64,000 bases of DNA from Candidatus Uhrbacteria bacterium (GTDB taxonomy: Bacteria; Patescibacteriota; Patescibacteriia; SG8-24), in the NCBI GenBank assembly GCA_016929435.1, contig JAFGIV010000013.1, positions 15,822 to 79,821 on the forward strand, written 5' to 3'. The notes below the pieces were generated by a model. It did not search any database. It was not told where the DNA came from and saw only the letters and a list, made by a program, of their open reading frames with translations. Position numbers and translations under genes: made by a program. Shown piece after piece: positions 58,501 to 64,000 of the stretch; the first letter of the stretch is position 1; the number at the start of each line of letters is the position of its first letter.

Positions 58501-59320
58501 CAAGGTCTTGAGGGTTCCGGCTGCCTTTGACGACTGCGACGGCTGCGATAACGACTGCGACGGCGTAGTGGACAACGGCGATCCCGACATATTCAAGAAG
58601 GTGGACATCCTGTTCGTGGTGGACGGTTCCGCATCAATGGACACCAGCATTCGGGGGCTGACCATGTTCACGGCGGATTTGGCCAGGCAGATGATACCTC
58701 CGGATAGGCCGGATGGGGTTCCGGCTGAAGTGGGAACAAAAGTCAAGCTGGGCCTCATCCAGTACTCGTGGAAAAGCAAGGATGATGAGGGTTCGGGCTA
58801 CAGGCGCGAATTAGACCTCTCCACCCCCAAGGTCTATTCCGAATGGGCGGATGGTTTCGCTGACAAGTGTGAGGGGGACTGCACCACCCAAGGCGGAATA
58901 GAAGCCGGAACCGCCATGCTGTGGAAGATACTCCAGGACCGGTTCGTCGATGAAAGCACCATGCCGGACATCACTTGGGACCAAGACGCCGTCCCCTACA
59001 TCATCATCATGACCGATGACAACCCCTACCAGCTGGTGGATGTCATCGAGAAATCGGCCCCCTCGGATATACGCGACATGTTGGGTGACGATCCGAGGGC
59101 CCAGATATTCGCCCTGCAGATGAGAACGAGAAGATGTTCCCCAGGTTCCTGTTCAGAGCATTGGGATATCGTTTTCGCCAACTACCCGGAAAACGAGACT
59201 CACCTCAAGGTTGCGGATCCGGGTAAGGATTTCGAGTATTACAGGGGAGAGTTCGGCCAGTTCTTCTACGACTATATCCTGAGACACATCTGCTACGCCT
59301 ATGTCTGCAGATTCGACTGA
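49568..59320 (+). CDS. Giant (3250 aa) modular surface protein/adhesin: pilin head, IPT/TIG, Big_5-like, Cys-rich repeats, GspG-like segment, vWA
   Basis: Single long ORF; VirB2-like head, 4 IPT-like starts, ~13 CG[ND]xxxxxGExC[DE]-type repeats, DILFVVDGSAS MIDAS near the C terminus. Confidence 0.85.
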   Translation: MVRQALSARKTLAAILALGLGAVLAVPALAQVDVGLESAAAIGLTTTDIRTIVSQVINVFLGLLGIVAVALIVYGGYVYMMAKGDQNEVQRAKKILVNALIGLIIILASYAIASFVLRAISGGSGGEVGEGDCPPGATCSSSFPSPGNSLLLNGVIPSGSGPNGMGWTRDSLPRIVFNRKIDATTLDDSRIRVTRCNSRMDGETIADFRNSACNTAVSGEVSLVNETTAVFRPVGLENEGLFDGDYWYRLELRGIPLPIRSLDGKDLACLTALPGDGDYDSYVQNLPSNSRVCIRAIAYNTLIDTGPPTVAISWPRDGQSICADTTEASAVARDDVLVSGIRFSLSDPASPSDPLSLAFPSNPLDIPNSGQVTGPFTASATIFGSHLNVGQEYRFSAVASDLRFPNPEGETVGVDFSVRPQHCCDGQLNDDESGVDCGPDSGCGSCPGDGCTENGDCSSGFCEEGVCVSLPRIVSVDPIDPNTQVFGGGPGTLVTLNGEYFGGAVGVVEFYDGTHALTAEPCLPGAWTNGQVTVRVPEGVKVGGRYFVRLTRSDSRHTSTEAGQEDAYGWLGYFQENGNNTPGICLIRPASGSEGDVFEVVGDGFGDGSVGDLTVSFGISNPFTVVPDSRTASSLTAKVPRAPEGTYPVRVSGSGWMTTNDPKFAVLLPSESMQPKIEGISPNAGPVGNYVTISGKGFGSQRGRVVFLFGDGLNEERAIGADTVCEDSWKDSYVTVKVPKQYECQEGSACPLQLGTHRIRVETAKGLKSNTVNFTVNTDPLTPNICSIKPDNGPPGTVVTVGGENLGSGPAAAAPLNAVGYECQDPNQTGCDINGVAMSSEVSSWQVKALKSIVPGNRLSVATWPDSGDVHVWSYNVRSGNGLPFLVQDCNDGGDRACPAGFVCCQSGICDDGSSSPTGRPCDFSRTSEFAWRLSTEMMPVPPQLLTCPSCGAVACPLTDGLQSPSPFPGSRDACVNANIEAVISQRLEVPSGVSAAVSVLSCGSGESPDSCVDVTGEMSLTVSAVGAGGGSGLVSIRPSGGDFLLPDTWYRVTLKSDGLRENLTGNRTAFDGDRDGLPGGDYVWEFRTKDSPCALASVSVTPSEYNIDHWKGQPSPDDSGFRAGLQAANCNSITCDPLSYSIGWSVSDPMTISKVTTAKACHQKVEALKETLIGELVDLSANVRPVGETLSRTGKAGITARFADPEVAGFEPDCDEACVNAAIGMTFSTPMEPNSVIAGNTVLLKTCRNQSCNEPFETAGAVGLVGIESYAGTDSDGYVGFSLDTDSDLAPNTFYLVMVKGGGNGVMSKSGKTLVGTNLTDSSGTPWFTWRFRTKDSNLPCQPSRAEIVPRNAEFRYVGQKLPLFVRTYGSPDSCSAEGQALNAGDYGWSWGKTANGVVSRFLTSGSATVLDTNPAVPIGCSSSCLKVGSQTARPQCGNGKVELGEDCDGGSGCSPTCLNTGSPTCGNGVLDPGEDCESVGGIFPPGCSDCLNAGSAQGNSTCGDGYVGDGEDCDGTSGCDPVSCLNLGTLPRCEAVTAPKPGVNCINYCGNGILEYGEECEAAGGTFPPGCDRKTCLWAGTPKCSDPEGAKCCGNGITDSGEDPGCEFGFGQSAEWCDDRCLNRGSSYLYDSPSFCGDMVLGSGEELGCEVASTGQPGPADPFQVILGGKPLATAIDPATGSATDTVTSRTGGISASNQGEATVSLTCRCREEDDPHGFCESVGEGLGCDDIGCCSPAPGVAGSTPADGSSNICRNALVSVVFDAAISPDSVNGSSFRVVRDAGFGTPACRFCSNDPDRACLSDGDCGSGGTCQDGTVENGGKILAAVGTGEPSEDGGLWDRFVRFVRRLFFRSASAQTVQTFCRVPGQVSLTGQDTVTFTPFGVMSGTVGHHILLTGGSDGIRSSMGVPMKADRRISFVTSDSVCEIGSIRIDPESVLIQGIEGENSSFVLTAHAQAAGQPVGTEIVSTPAYRFDWNWNLPVVTSPVALTVSDFFPDGQGHSPVSEVRARTGAGFPKEGRETVTVRTDIYGSGTSVTKTMTASSDATVMLCEHPWPDWHVCSSANDVYYPYPGHAVDCSRAGQQMWYPFIDGSTLTSFYYCRDGATAGDSGQLLPALSGVKIGSNRADILHEYLFTFPGSAGENWVRDAIGLRVSKNMEHFGISDWYSRQGFVGSPQPVTMDGYEGLKEGRSVYVNAAAKTAVSPNLYTNVYTLSHSDGASPETVGIFSQILGNMDMNWRVLTDSRYCVIDDRQVLVDGQPVYCEKDRDCRVTAGDDGRESFPSERSVWTCQADRSKVRRDVLRWSDIHTIRLALNRARSVGGYPSLDSGTYLRGWTTSAWPSWNEVLANQIGLGSLPADPAEGFMDCGTGGSGHDSVTCWDPAVRTYRCPSGSQTYTYRGLGGLNYVLEAMFEYADGNWASGTACLGKGEPACRANDRCEWLSSDGSPSECQYRGGGRIRVRGIGNVETTCSSGVTVGIGSVCGDGLVGEGEECEPGVSSPRQIPCAADSRSGFRHQACNDQCRWQDSSGCITGSCGDGIVQTEAGEACDDGPLNGQYGRCGNDCTYSASRCGDGVRQANEACDCAPGGLPNGTYALNGVLASSGQRCGNSGHAVPGCAWDCSGPGPRCGDLVVNGSEQCDGGTEEYPRLCIGKNNGNPKRPVMTGNTYSPVPGNAYTGCRTDADCPSDQVCAALCDPDRPERVWRRNCQSNDPFDWFDNDDGRACTWTVWQCGSAGFCGNGVLETGEECDDGNDDNMDSCIIDPNGTGTFGTPVMCRKAACGDGYVSPSNNEECDAGSQNGQSCIAEYGKTCSFCSTGCKLAYVSGGFCGDSVIQNRSFVPPGPEECEGSLELENWVCVSDRPEHQMFGKMTGLAICDHERGCVRGCSDSGSVPCLETGNPLAGSDYDGEAGWDKPNDALLAAIGYGYDLGQTVLADGPCDPDWDNDGVPNGSDCRPTVSEVHPAYQVVASDGKVLRVPAAFDDCDGCDNDCDGVVDNGDPDIFKKVDILFVVDGSASMDTSIRGLTMFTADLARQMIPPDRPDGVPAEVGTKVKLGLIQYSWKSKDDEGSGYRRELDLSTPKVYSEWADGFADKCEGDCTTQGGIEAGTAMLWKILQDRFVDESTMPDITWDQDAVPYIIIMTDDNPYQLVDVIEKSAPSDIRDMLGDDPRAQIFALQMRTRRCSPGSCSEHWDIVFANYPENETHLKVADPGKDFEYYRGEFGQFFYDYILRHICYAYVCRFD

Positions 59321-59338
59321 TAGTCACCCCCAAACGCC

Positions 59339-59842
59339 ATGAGAAAGTTCGCCATTGCCATTGTCCTGCTGTCCGTCCTGCTGACGGCCGGAATAGTGCT
59401 GGTCGTAAGGGAACGGAACAGACATTCGGTTTCCGGAGTCCCAGACGTCCCGCTGGCCGGAAACGTGGGATCCGAATCCGGCCTGACTGCGGATAATTCG
59501 GGCCCGACCCAGCCGTTCTGCGGGGACTATGTCTGCGACACCGGGGAGACGATTGCCGGCTGCCCCATTGACTGTCCGCCGACGGTCATGTCCGGGGTGG
59601 AAATACGGAACCAAACCGCCGACGTTTCGTGGAAAAGCCTGATACCGGTGACCATTTCCGTCCGGTACGGCTCCGGTACCCTGGACCGCACCGCCAACCT
59701 GGATCGGGCATCAACGGAACACGAGTTAAGGCTGGAGGGAATCGAGCCGGATACGATATACGACCTGTGCGTTGTTTCGGTTGGGGAGGACGGAACCCGG
59801 TATCCGGAATCGTGCGATGAGTTCCGGTCTCCGGCGGAATAG
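59339..59842 (+). CDS. Membrane-anchored protein with Cys repeat and FN3-like domain
   Basis: N-terminal TM; CGDYVCDTGETIAGCPIDC; VSW...VRYG...HELRLEGIEPDTIY. Confidence 0.7.
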   Translation: MRKFAIAIVLLSVLLTAGIVLVVRERNRHSVSGVPDVPLAGNVGSESGLTADNSGPTQPFCGDYVCDTGETIAGCPIDCPPTVMSGVEIRNQTADVSWKSLIPVTISVRYGSGTLDRTANLDRASTEHELRLEGIEPDTIYDLCVVSVGEDGTRYPESCDEFRSPAE

Positions 59843-59876
59843 GGCGGCTTTTGTGGTATAGTAACGGTATAGGCTT

Positions 59877-60539
59877 ATGTTTGATTCCGTACAGGAACCG
59901 GAGGACATCTTCGCCGGGACTGATCCGGTGGCGCCGGCAGGGAACGCCGCGCCGGTGGCGACCGGGGAGACGGAGGGGTCTCCGGCCATAACGAGGAAAG
60001 GTCCGTCGCCGCTGATCCCCATTGCCGTCATTGCCCTTGTTTTTGGGGCCGTCGGCGGCGGGGGTTACTATTGGTATTCCCAGCGAACCGGCGGCCATGC
60101 CTCGGTTTTGGAGGAACAACCGGTCGAGACCGTGGAAACGGAACCCGTTCAGGAAGAGACGTTCGGGGAGGAATTGCCGGAAGGGTTTCCGGACACGGAG
60201 GGGGAGGAAACGGAAGGGATCGGAAATGGAACGGAAGGGGAGACCGAAACCGGCGGGGAGGAATCTGCGGAGGGGGAGGGCGAACCAACGGAACCGGTCA
60301 ATGCCGTTGATACCGACGGTGACGGCTTGAGCGACGACGAGGAGCTGGCGATCGGTTCCGACCCGTCGGTAACCGACACGGACGGGGACGGGCTGACCGA
60401 TTTCGACGAGGTCCGCATATACCGGTCAGACCCATTGCTGGCGGATACGGACGGCGACGGTTACCCGGACGGCCTGGAGGTTTCCGGCGGCTATAGCCCC
60501 ATCGGTCCGGGCCGCCTGTTCGAGGTTCCGGTCGAGTGA
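59877..60539 (+). CDS. Single-pass membrane protein with acidic linker and DxDGDG calcium-binding repeats
   Basis: TM helix, Glu-rich stalk, DTDGDGLSDDEE / DTDGDGLTDFDE / DTDGDGYPDGLE. Confidence 0.8.
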   Translation: MFDSVQEPEDIFAGTDPVAPAGNAAPVATGETEGSPAITRKGPSPLIPIAVIALVFGAVGGGGYYWYSQRTGGHASVLEEQPVETVETEPVQEETFGEELPEGFPDTEGEETEGIGNGTEGETETGGEESAEGEGEPTEPVNAVDTDGDGLSDDEELAIGSDPSVTDTDGDGLTDFDEVRIYRSDPLLADTDGDGYPDGLEVSGGYSPIGPGRLFEVPVE

Positions 60540-60550
60540 TTTTTACGGAT

Positions 60551-61741
60551 ATGAAGGAAGACAGCGACAAAAACACGGAAGGGATAGGGCAAGTCCCTTC
60601 AGGGAACGGGGAGGCGGCACCGAAGAATCCGGAACCGCCGGTTATCCATGTCATTCCCGATGAGTTTCACGGGGCGGCCCTGAAGCGGAAAGTCAGGCTG
60701 TCCCAGCCCGAAAAGCCAAAAAAGACCCCGCCGCCCAAGGTTTCGCCTGAAAAGGCCGGACCGCCGGCAAAGGCATCCGGACAGAAGCCCGATGGCGCCG
60801 ACAGGCGGAAAAGGGGGATACTGATGGCGATCATGGGGCTGTTCATCCTGGCAATCATCGGTCTGGCGGCCTATTATTTTCTGTACGTGAGAAAGGCCCC
60901 GCCGGCGGAGGAGGTGCCGATCACCGAGGAACCGGAGATTCGTTGCGGAGACGGCCGCTGCGATGACGGCGAGGATGCGGTGACCTGCGCTTCCGACTGT
61001 GCGGTGAAGGCCTTTTGCGGGGACGGAACCTGCCAGGAGTCGGAGGGGGAGGATTGGCGCTCCTGTCCGGGGGACTGCGAGGTTCCGGAACCGGTATGCG
61101 GGGACGGGATCTGCGAGGAGGCCATCGGGGAGGGTTACGAGACCTGTCCGGAGGACTGCGAACCGCCGGCCCCCAGCCCCTCCCCGGATACGGACAGCGA
61201 CGGCATGACCGATATCGAGGAGACCGAAATCTACGGCACCAACCCCTATATCCCGGATACGGACGGGGACAGTTTCGTTGACCTGAACGAGCTGCTCAAC
61301 CTGTTTAACCCGTCCAAGATTCAGCCGTCCGTCCTTTTGGACAATCCCGGAGTCGCCGAATTCGGGAGTCAGACGGAAGGGTATCTCCTGATCTACCCGA
61401 AGGCCTGGACCGTCAGCGAGGATGCGGACAGGAAGACCGCCGTCTTTCAGGCGGGCAGCGGAGAGTCGATATCCGTTTCCGTGGACGAGAACACGGAAGG
61501 GTTGAGCCTGATGGATTGGTACCTGTCCGGGAACCCCTCCCTCCGCAGTTCGGAGGTTCCGGTGTTCCGGACAAAATACGGCTACGACGAGATCGTCAGC
61601 CAGGACCAGATGGTTTCCCACGTGGGGATAGACGGGCGGATTTTTACCGTCAGGTACGAATTGGGCAACCAGCTGAAGATTCGCTACAAGGCGACCTTTA
61701 AGATGATGGTCAACAGCATTAAGCCGCCGTCAGGGCTATGA
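60551..61741 (+). CDS. Single-pass membrane protein with CGDGxC repeats, DxDxDG repeats and PsbP-like C-terminal domain
   Basis: TM helix; three CGDGxC...CxxDC repeats; DTDSDG, DTDGDS; YLLIYPKAWTV...DWY...FKMMVNSI. Confidence 0.75.
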   Translation: MKEDSDKNTEGIGQVPSGNGEAAPKNPEPPVIHVIPDEFHGAALKRKVRLSQPEKPKKTPPPKVSPEKAGPPAKASGQKPDGADRRKRGILMAIMGLFILAIIGLAAYYFLYVRKAPPAEEVPITEEPEIRCGDGRCDDGEDAVTCASDCAVKAFCGDGTCQESEGEDWRSCPGDCEVPEPVCGDGICEEAIGEGYETCPEDCEPPAPSPSPDTDSDGMTDIEETEIYGTNPYIPDTDGDSFVDLNELLNLFNPSKIQPSVLLDNPGVAEFGSQTEGYLLIYPKAWTVSEDADRKTAVFQAGSGESISVSVDENTEGLSLMDWYLSGNPSLRSSEVPVFRTKYGYDEIVSQDQMVSHVGIDGRIFTVRYELGNQLKIRYKATFKMMVNSIKPPSGL

Positions 61742-62172
61742 TTGACGTGGAATGCTCCGGCCGTTTCCCGTCCGGATTGGGCAGGGACGAGGCCGTCAGC
61801 CTGGTGCGGAGGGTGATCGGGACTTCCGGTGACTGGAAAACCGCAACGGTCAGCCTGTCCCTGGTCAATGACCGTGAAATCAGGCGGATCAACCGGAAAT
61901 GGCGGGGGGTTGACCGCCCGACCGATGTCCTTTCGTTCTCGTATCCCAGGATCGGTTCCGGCCAGGTGCCGAAATCCGGTGACGTCGTCATTTCCCTGGA
62001 AACCGTCCGGCGCCAGGCCAAGACGAACCTCCGGACGGTCCGGGAGGAGCTGGCCCTGATGATCGTTCACGGCTGCCTGCATCTCCTGGGGTTTGACCAC
62101 GATACGGCGGCCAGGGAGAACCGGATGTTCCGCATCCAACAGGACATGCTGTTGGGAACCGGATTTTTCTGA
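61738..62172 (+). CDS. ybeY: rRNA maturation endoribonuclease YbeY
   Basis: WRGVDRPTDVLSF, GDVVIS, HGCLHLLGFDH. Confidence 0.95.
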   Translation: MIDVECSGRFPSGLGRDEAVSLVRRVIGTSGDWKTATVSLSLVNDREIRRINRKWRGVDRPTDVLSFSYPRIGSGQVPKSGDVVISLETVRRQAKTNLRTVREELALMIVHGCLHLLGFDHDTAARENRMFRIQQDMLLGTGFF

Positions 62173-62177
62173 AGGCC

Positions 62178-62540
62178 ATGATGATCAGCCCCAAAAAGGT
62201 AATCCGGAGTTTCCGCCACGCCCTTCGGGGGACGGTCAAGGTGTTTCGGGAAGAGCACAGCTTCAGGGTGGAGCTGGTCGCCGCCGCCGCCGTTACGGTC
62301 CTGATGTTCGCTTTTGGGCTCCGAACCTCAGAGAAGGCCATTCTCGTACTGGTCATGCTTCTGGTCCTCGTCCTGGAGCTGGTCAACAGCGTCTTCGAGC
62401 GGATCGCCGACATGCTGAAGCCGCGCTTCCATCCCTATGTGGAGGACCTGAAGGACATCATGGCGGCCACTGTCCTCGTTTCTGCGGTAGGGGCGGTTGC
62501 CATCGGGCTTTTGATTTTTTGGCCCTATATTGTAAAATAA
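62178..62540 (+). CDS. dgkA: Diacylglycerol/undecaprenol kinase
   Basis: SFRHALRG, ELVNSVFERIAD, LKDIMAA; usual position after ybeY. Confidence 0.9.
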   Translation: MMISPKKVIRSFRHALRGTVKVFREEHSFRVELVAAAAVTVLMFAFGLRTSEKAILVLVMLLVLVLELVNSVFERIADMLKPRFHPYVEDLKDIMAATVLVSAVGAVAIGLLIFWPYIVK

Positions 62541-62573
62541 AACAGGCTTCGAGCTCTGGTTAAGGATAGGTTT

Positions 62574-63821
62574 ATGCCCAACGACGAATTGTTTGCCGGA
62601 ATAGACATAGGGACGACGGCCGTCCGGGTGGCGGTCGGCCAAAGGTTGCCGATGGGGGACAGGGAAACCGTCCACATCATCGGTGTGGCCGACCACCCGA
62701 CCGAGGGGGTGAAACGTGGGGTCATCAATTCCATTGAGGACGCCGTTTCTTCGGTTTCGGCCTGCCTGGAGAAGGCCGAGCGGGGTTTGGGCAGCCAGAT
62801 ATCCTCCGCATGGGTAGGCGTTTCCGGGAACCAGGTCAGTTCCGTCGTAAGCAAGGGGGTCACCGCGGTTTCCAGGACGGATGGGGAGATCAGGGAGGAG
62901 GATGTCGAGCGGGCCCTGCAGCAGGCCCAGACCGTGGCCTTGCCGGCTAATTTTGAGACCATCCATGTCTTGCCGCGCGCCTATTCCGTTGACGGACAGA
63001 CCGGCATAAAGGATCCGGTAGGCATGACCGGAATCCGTCTGGAGGTCGAGTCCCAGATCATCCAGGCCCCTACCCCCTACATAAAGAACCTGACCAAATG
63101 CGTCTATCGGACCGGAATCAACCTGGAGCAGACCGTTTTGGGTATCCTGGCGGCAGCGGAGGTGACGGTCAGCCAGAGACAGAAGGAGTTGGGGGTGGCG
63201 GTCGTCAATATCGGGCACTCCTCCACCTCCATGGCCGTCTTTGAGGGCGGGGACCTGCTTCACCTGGCCTCCGTTCCCATCGGGTCGGATCATGTCACGG
63301 CCGATTTGGCCATCGGGTTACGGACCACCCTGGATATCGCCGAAAGGATCAAGGTCGGACACGCTTCGGCCGTACCGGGACAATTCGACAAGAACGACCG
63401 CATTGACCTGATGGAGTTGGGGGCCGACGAGAGGGAGGATTGCTCCCTGAAATTCGTGGCACAGATCGTTCAGGCTCGCCTGGAGGAACTGCTGGAGAAG
63501 ATCGATCGGGAGATGGTGAAGGTCGGACGGAGCGGGATGCTTCCGGCCGGAGTGGTGATGACCGGCGGGGGATCAAAGACGGCGGGCCTGGTGGACTTGG
63601 CCAAGAGAAAGCTTCGGCTGCCGGTTTCCCTCGGATACCCGGTAAACATCACCAGCTACACCGATCGGGTCAACGACTTGTCCTATACGACCGCCATCGG
63701 CTTGGTCCAGTGGGGAATAAACGAATCCGGCCCGATGGGGAAAAGCGGATCCTTTGCCGGTTTTCGGATGGCGGAAAAGGCCGTCGGAAGGATCAAGGGG
63801 CTTTTTGGGGTCAGGACCTGA
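62574..63821 (+). CDS. ftsA: Cell division protein FtsA
   Basis: GIDIGTT, IKDPVGMTGIRLE, GSDHVTADLA, AGVVMTGGGS, YTTAIGL. Confidence 0.96.
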   Translation: MPNDELFAGIDIGTTAVRVAVGQRLPMGDRETVHIIGVADHPTEGVKRGVINSIEDAVSSVSACLEKAERGLGSQISSAWVGVSGNQVSSVVSKGVTAVSRTDGEIREEDVERALQQAQTVALPANFETIHVLPRAYSVDGQTGIKDPVGMTGIRLEVESQIIQAPTPYIKNLTKCVYRTGINLEQTVLGILAAAEVTVSQRQKELGVAVVNIGHSSTSMAVFEGGDLLHLASVPIGSDHVTADLAIGLRTTLDIAERIKVGHASAVPGQFDKNDRIDLMELGADEREDCSLKFVAQIVQARLEELLEKIDREMVKVGRSGMLPAGVVMTGGGSKTAGLVDLAKRKLRLPVSLGYPVNITSYTDRVNDLSYTTAIGLVQWGINESGPMGKSGSFAGFRMAEKAVGRIKGLFGVRT

Positions 63822-63910
63822 ATTTACGGGAAGGGAACGGGTTACCATTCCGGCAAGGGCCGGACTTTGCCTTTCATGAGTATTTTTTCTGTTCAGTTAG
63901 CTAATAACGC

Positions 63911-63939
63911 TTGACACCCCAACCGGTAGAGTCTACAGT
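63911..63939 (+). promoter_or_regulatory. Putative promoter for the next gene (often ftsZ)
   Basis: TTGACA-17 bp-TACAGT. Confidence 0.45.
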
Positions 63940-64000
63940 TACATAAGCATTAAGAATCCCATTGGCCAGTGCCCGCCGTTTGCGTGCGGGACTGCCTAAG

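Noticed and set aside
49568-59320. Diversity-generating retroelement target or toxin C terminus in the giant gene
   Set aside because: No reverse transcriptase, no adenine-variable repeat pair, no toxin/immunity pattern; the C terminus is vWA-like
399-63293. Many long antisense or alternate-frame ORFs (e.g. 13173-14942, 16439-18307, 25727-27259, 50471-51838)
   Set aside because: They overlap well-supported genes, lack motifs and are expected shadows of high-GC codon usage
1-64000. Alternative genetic code (UGA recoding as in some CPR lineages)
   Set aside because: Conserved genes such as adk, map, recO and ftsA end at TGA at expected lengths and have no internal TGA

Overview
Bacterial chromosome segment (genetic code 11, high GC). 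The gene content points to a Patescibacteria/CPR (Parcubacteria-like) genome: rpsE-rplO with no rpmD, short AspRS, C-terminally truncated Rel, CPR-type VirB2-like pilin heads and little biosynthetic content. Most of the window is housekeeping: end of the spc operon, secY, adk, map, yqgF, recO, asnS, aspS, scpAB, parAB, rel, topA, dprA, pth, der, rpsL-rpsG-fusA, tyrS, two hisS, lepB, rpsU, yqeY, ybeY, dgkA, ftsA and four tRNAs. The accessory parts are: (1) a ~14.4 kb five-gene surface-structure cluster built around a 3250-aa protein that joins a VirB2-like pilin head, Ig/IPT domains, Cys-rich repeats, an internal GspG/type IV pilin-like body and a vWA tip; (2) a RAYT (REP-associated tyrosine transposase) flanked by inverted GGGGAC(T/A)GTCCCC palindromes, with about 9 copies across the window; (3) a low-GC run of genes with integron-cassette-like borders after tyrS; (4) a DUF559 nuclease with its own inverted repeats, next to an IS1595; (5) a presenilin-like protease between secY and adk; (6) an initiator tRNA with C33; (7) a long hairpin leader before a GNAT/M20 pair. 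All family calls come from motif recognition by eye; no searches were run.
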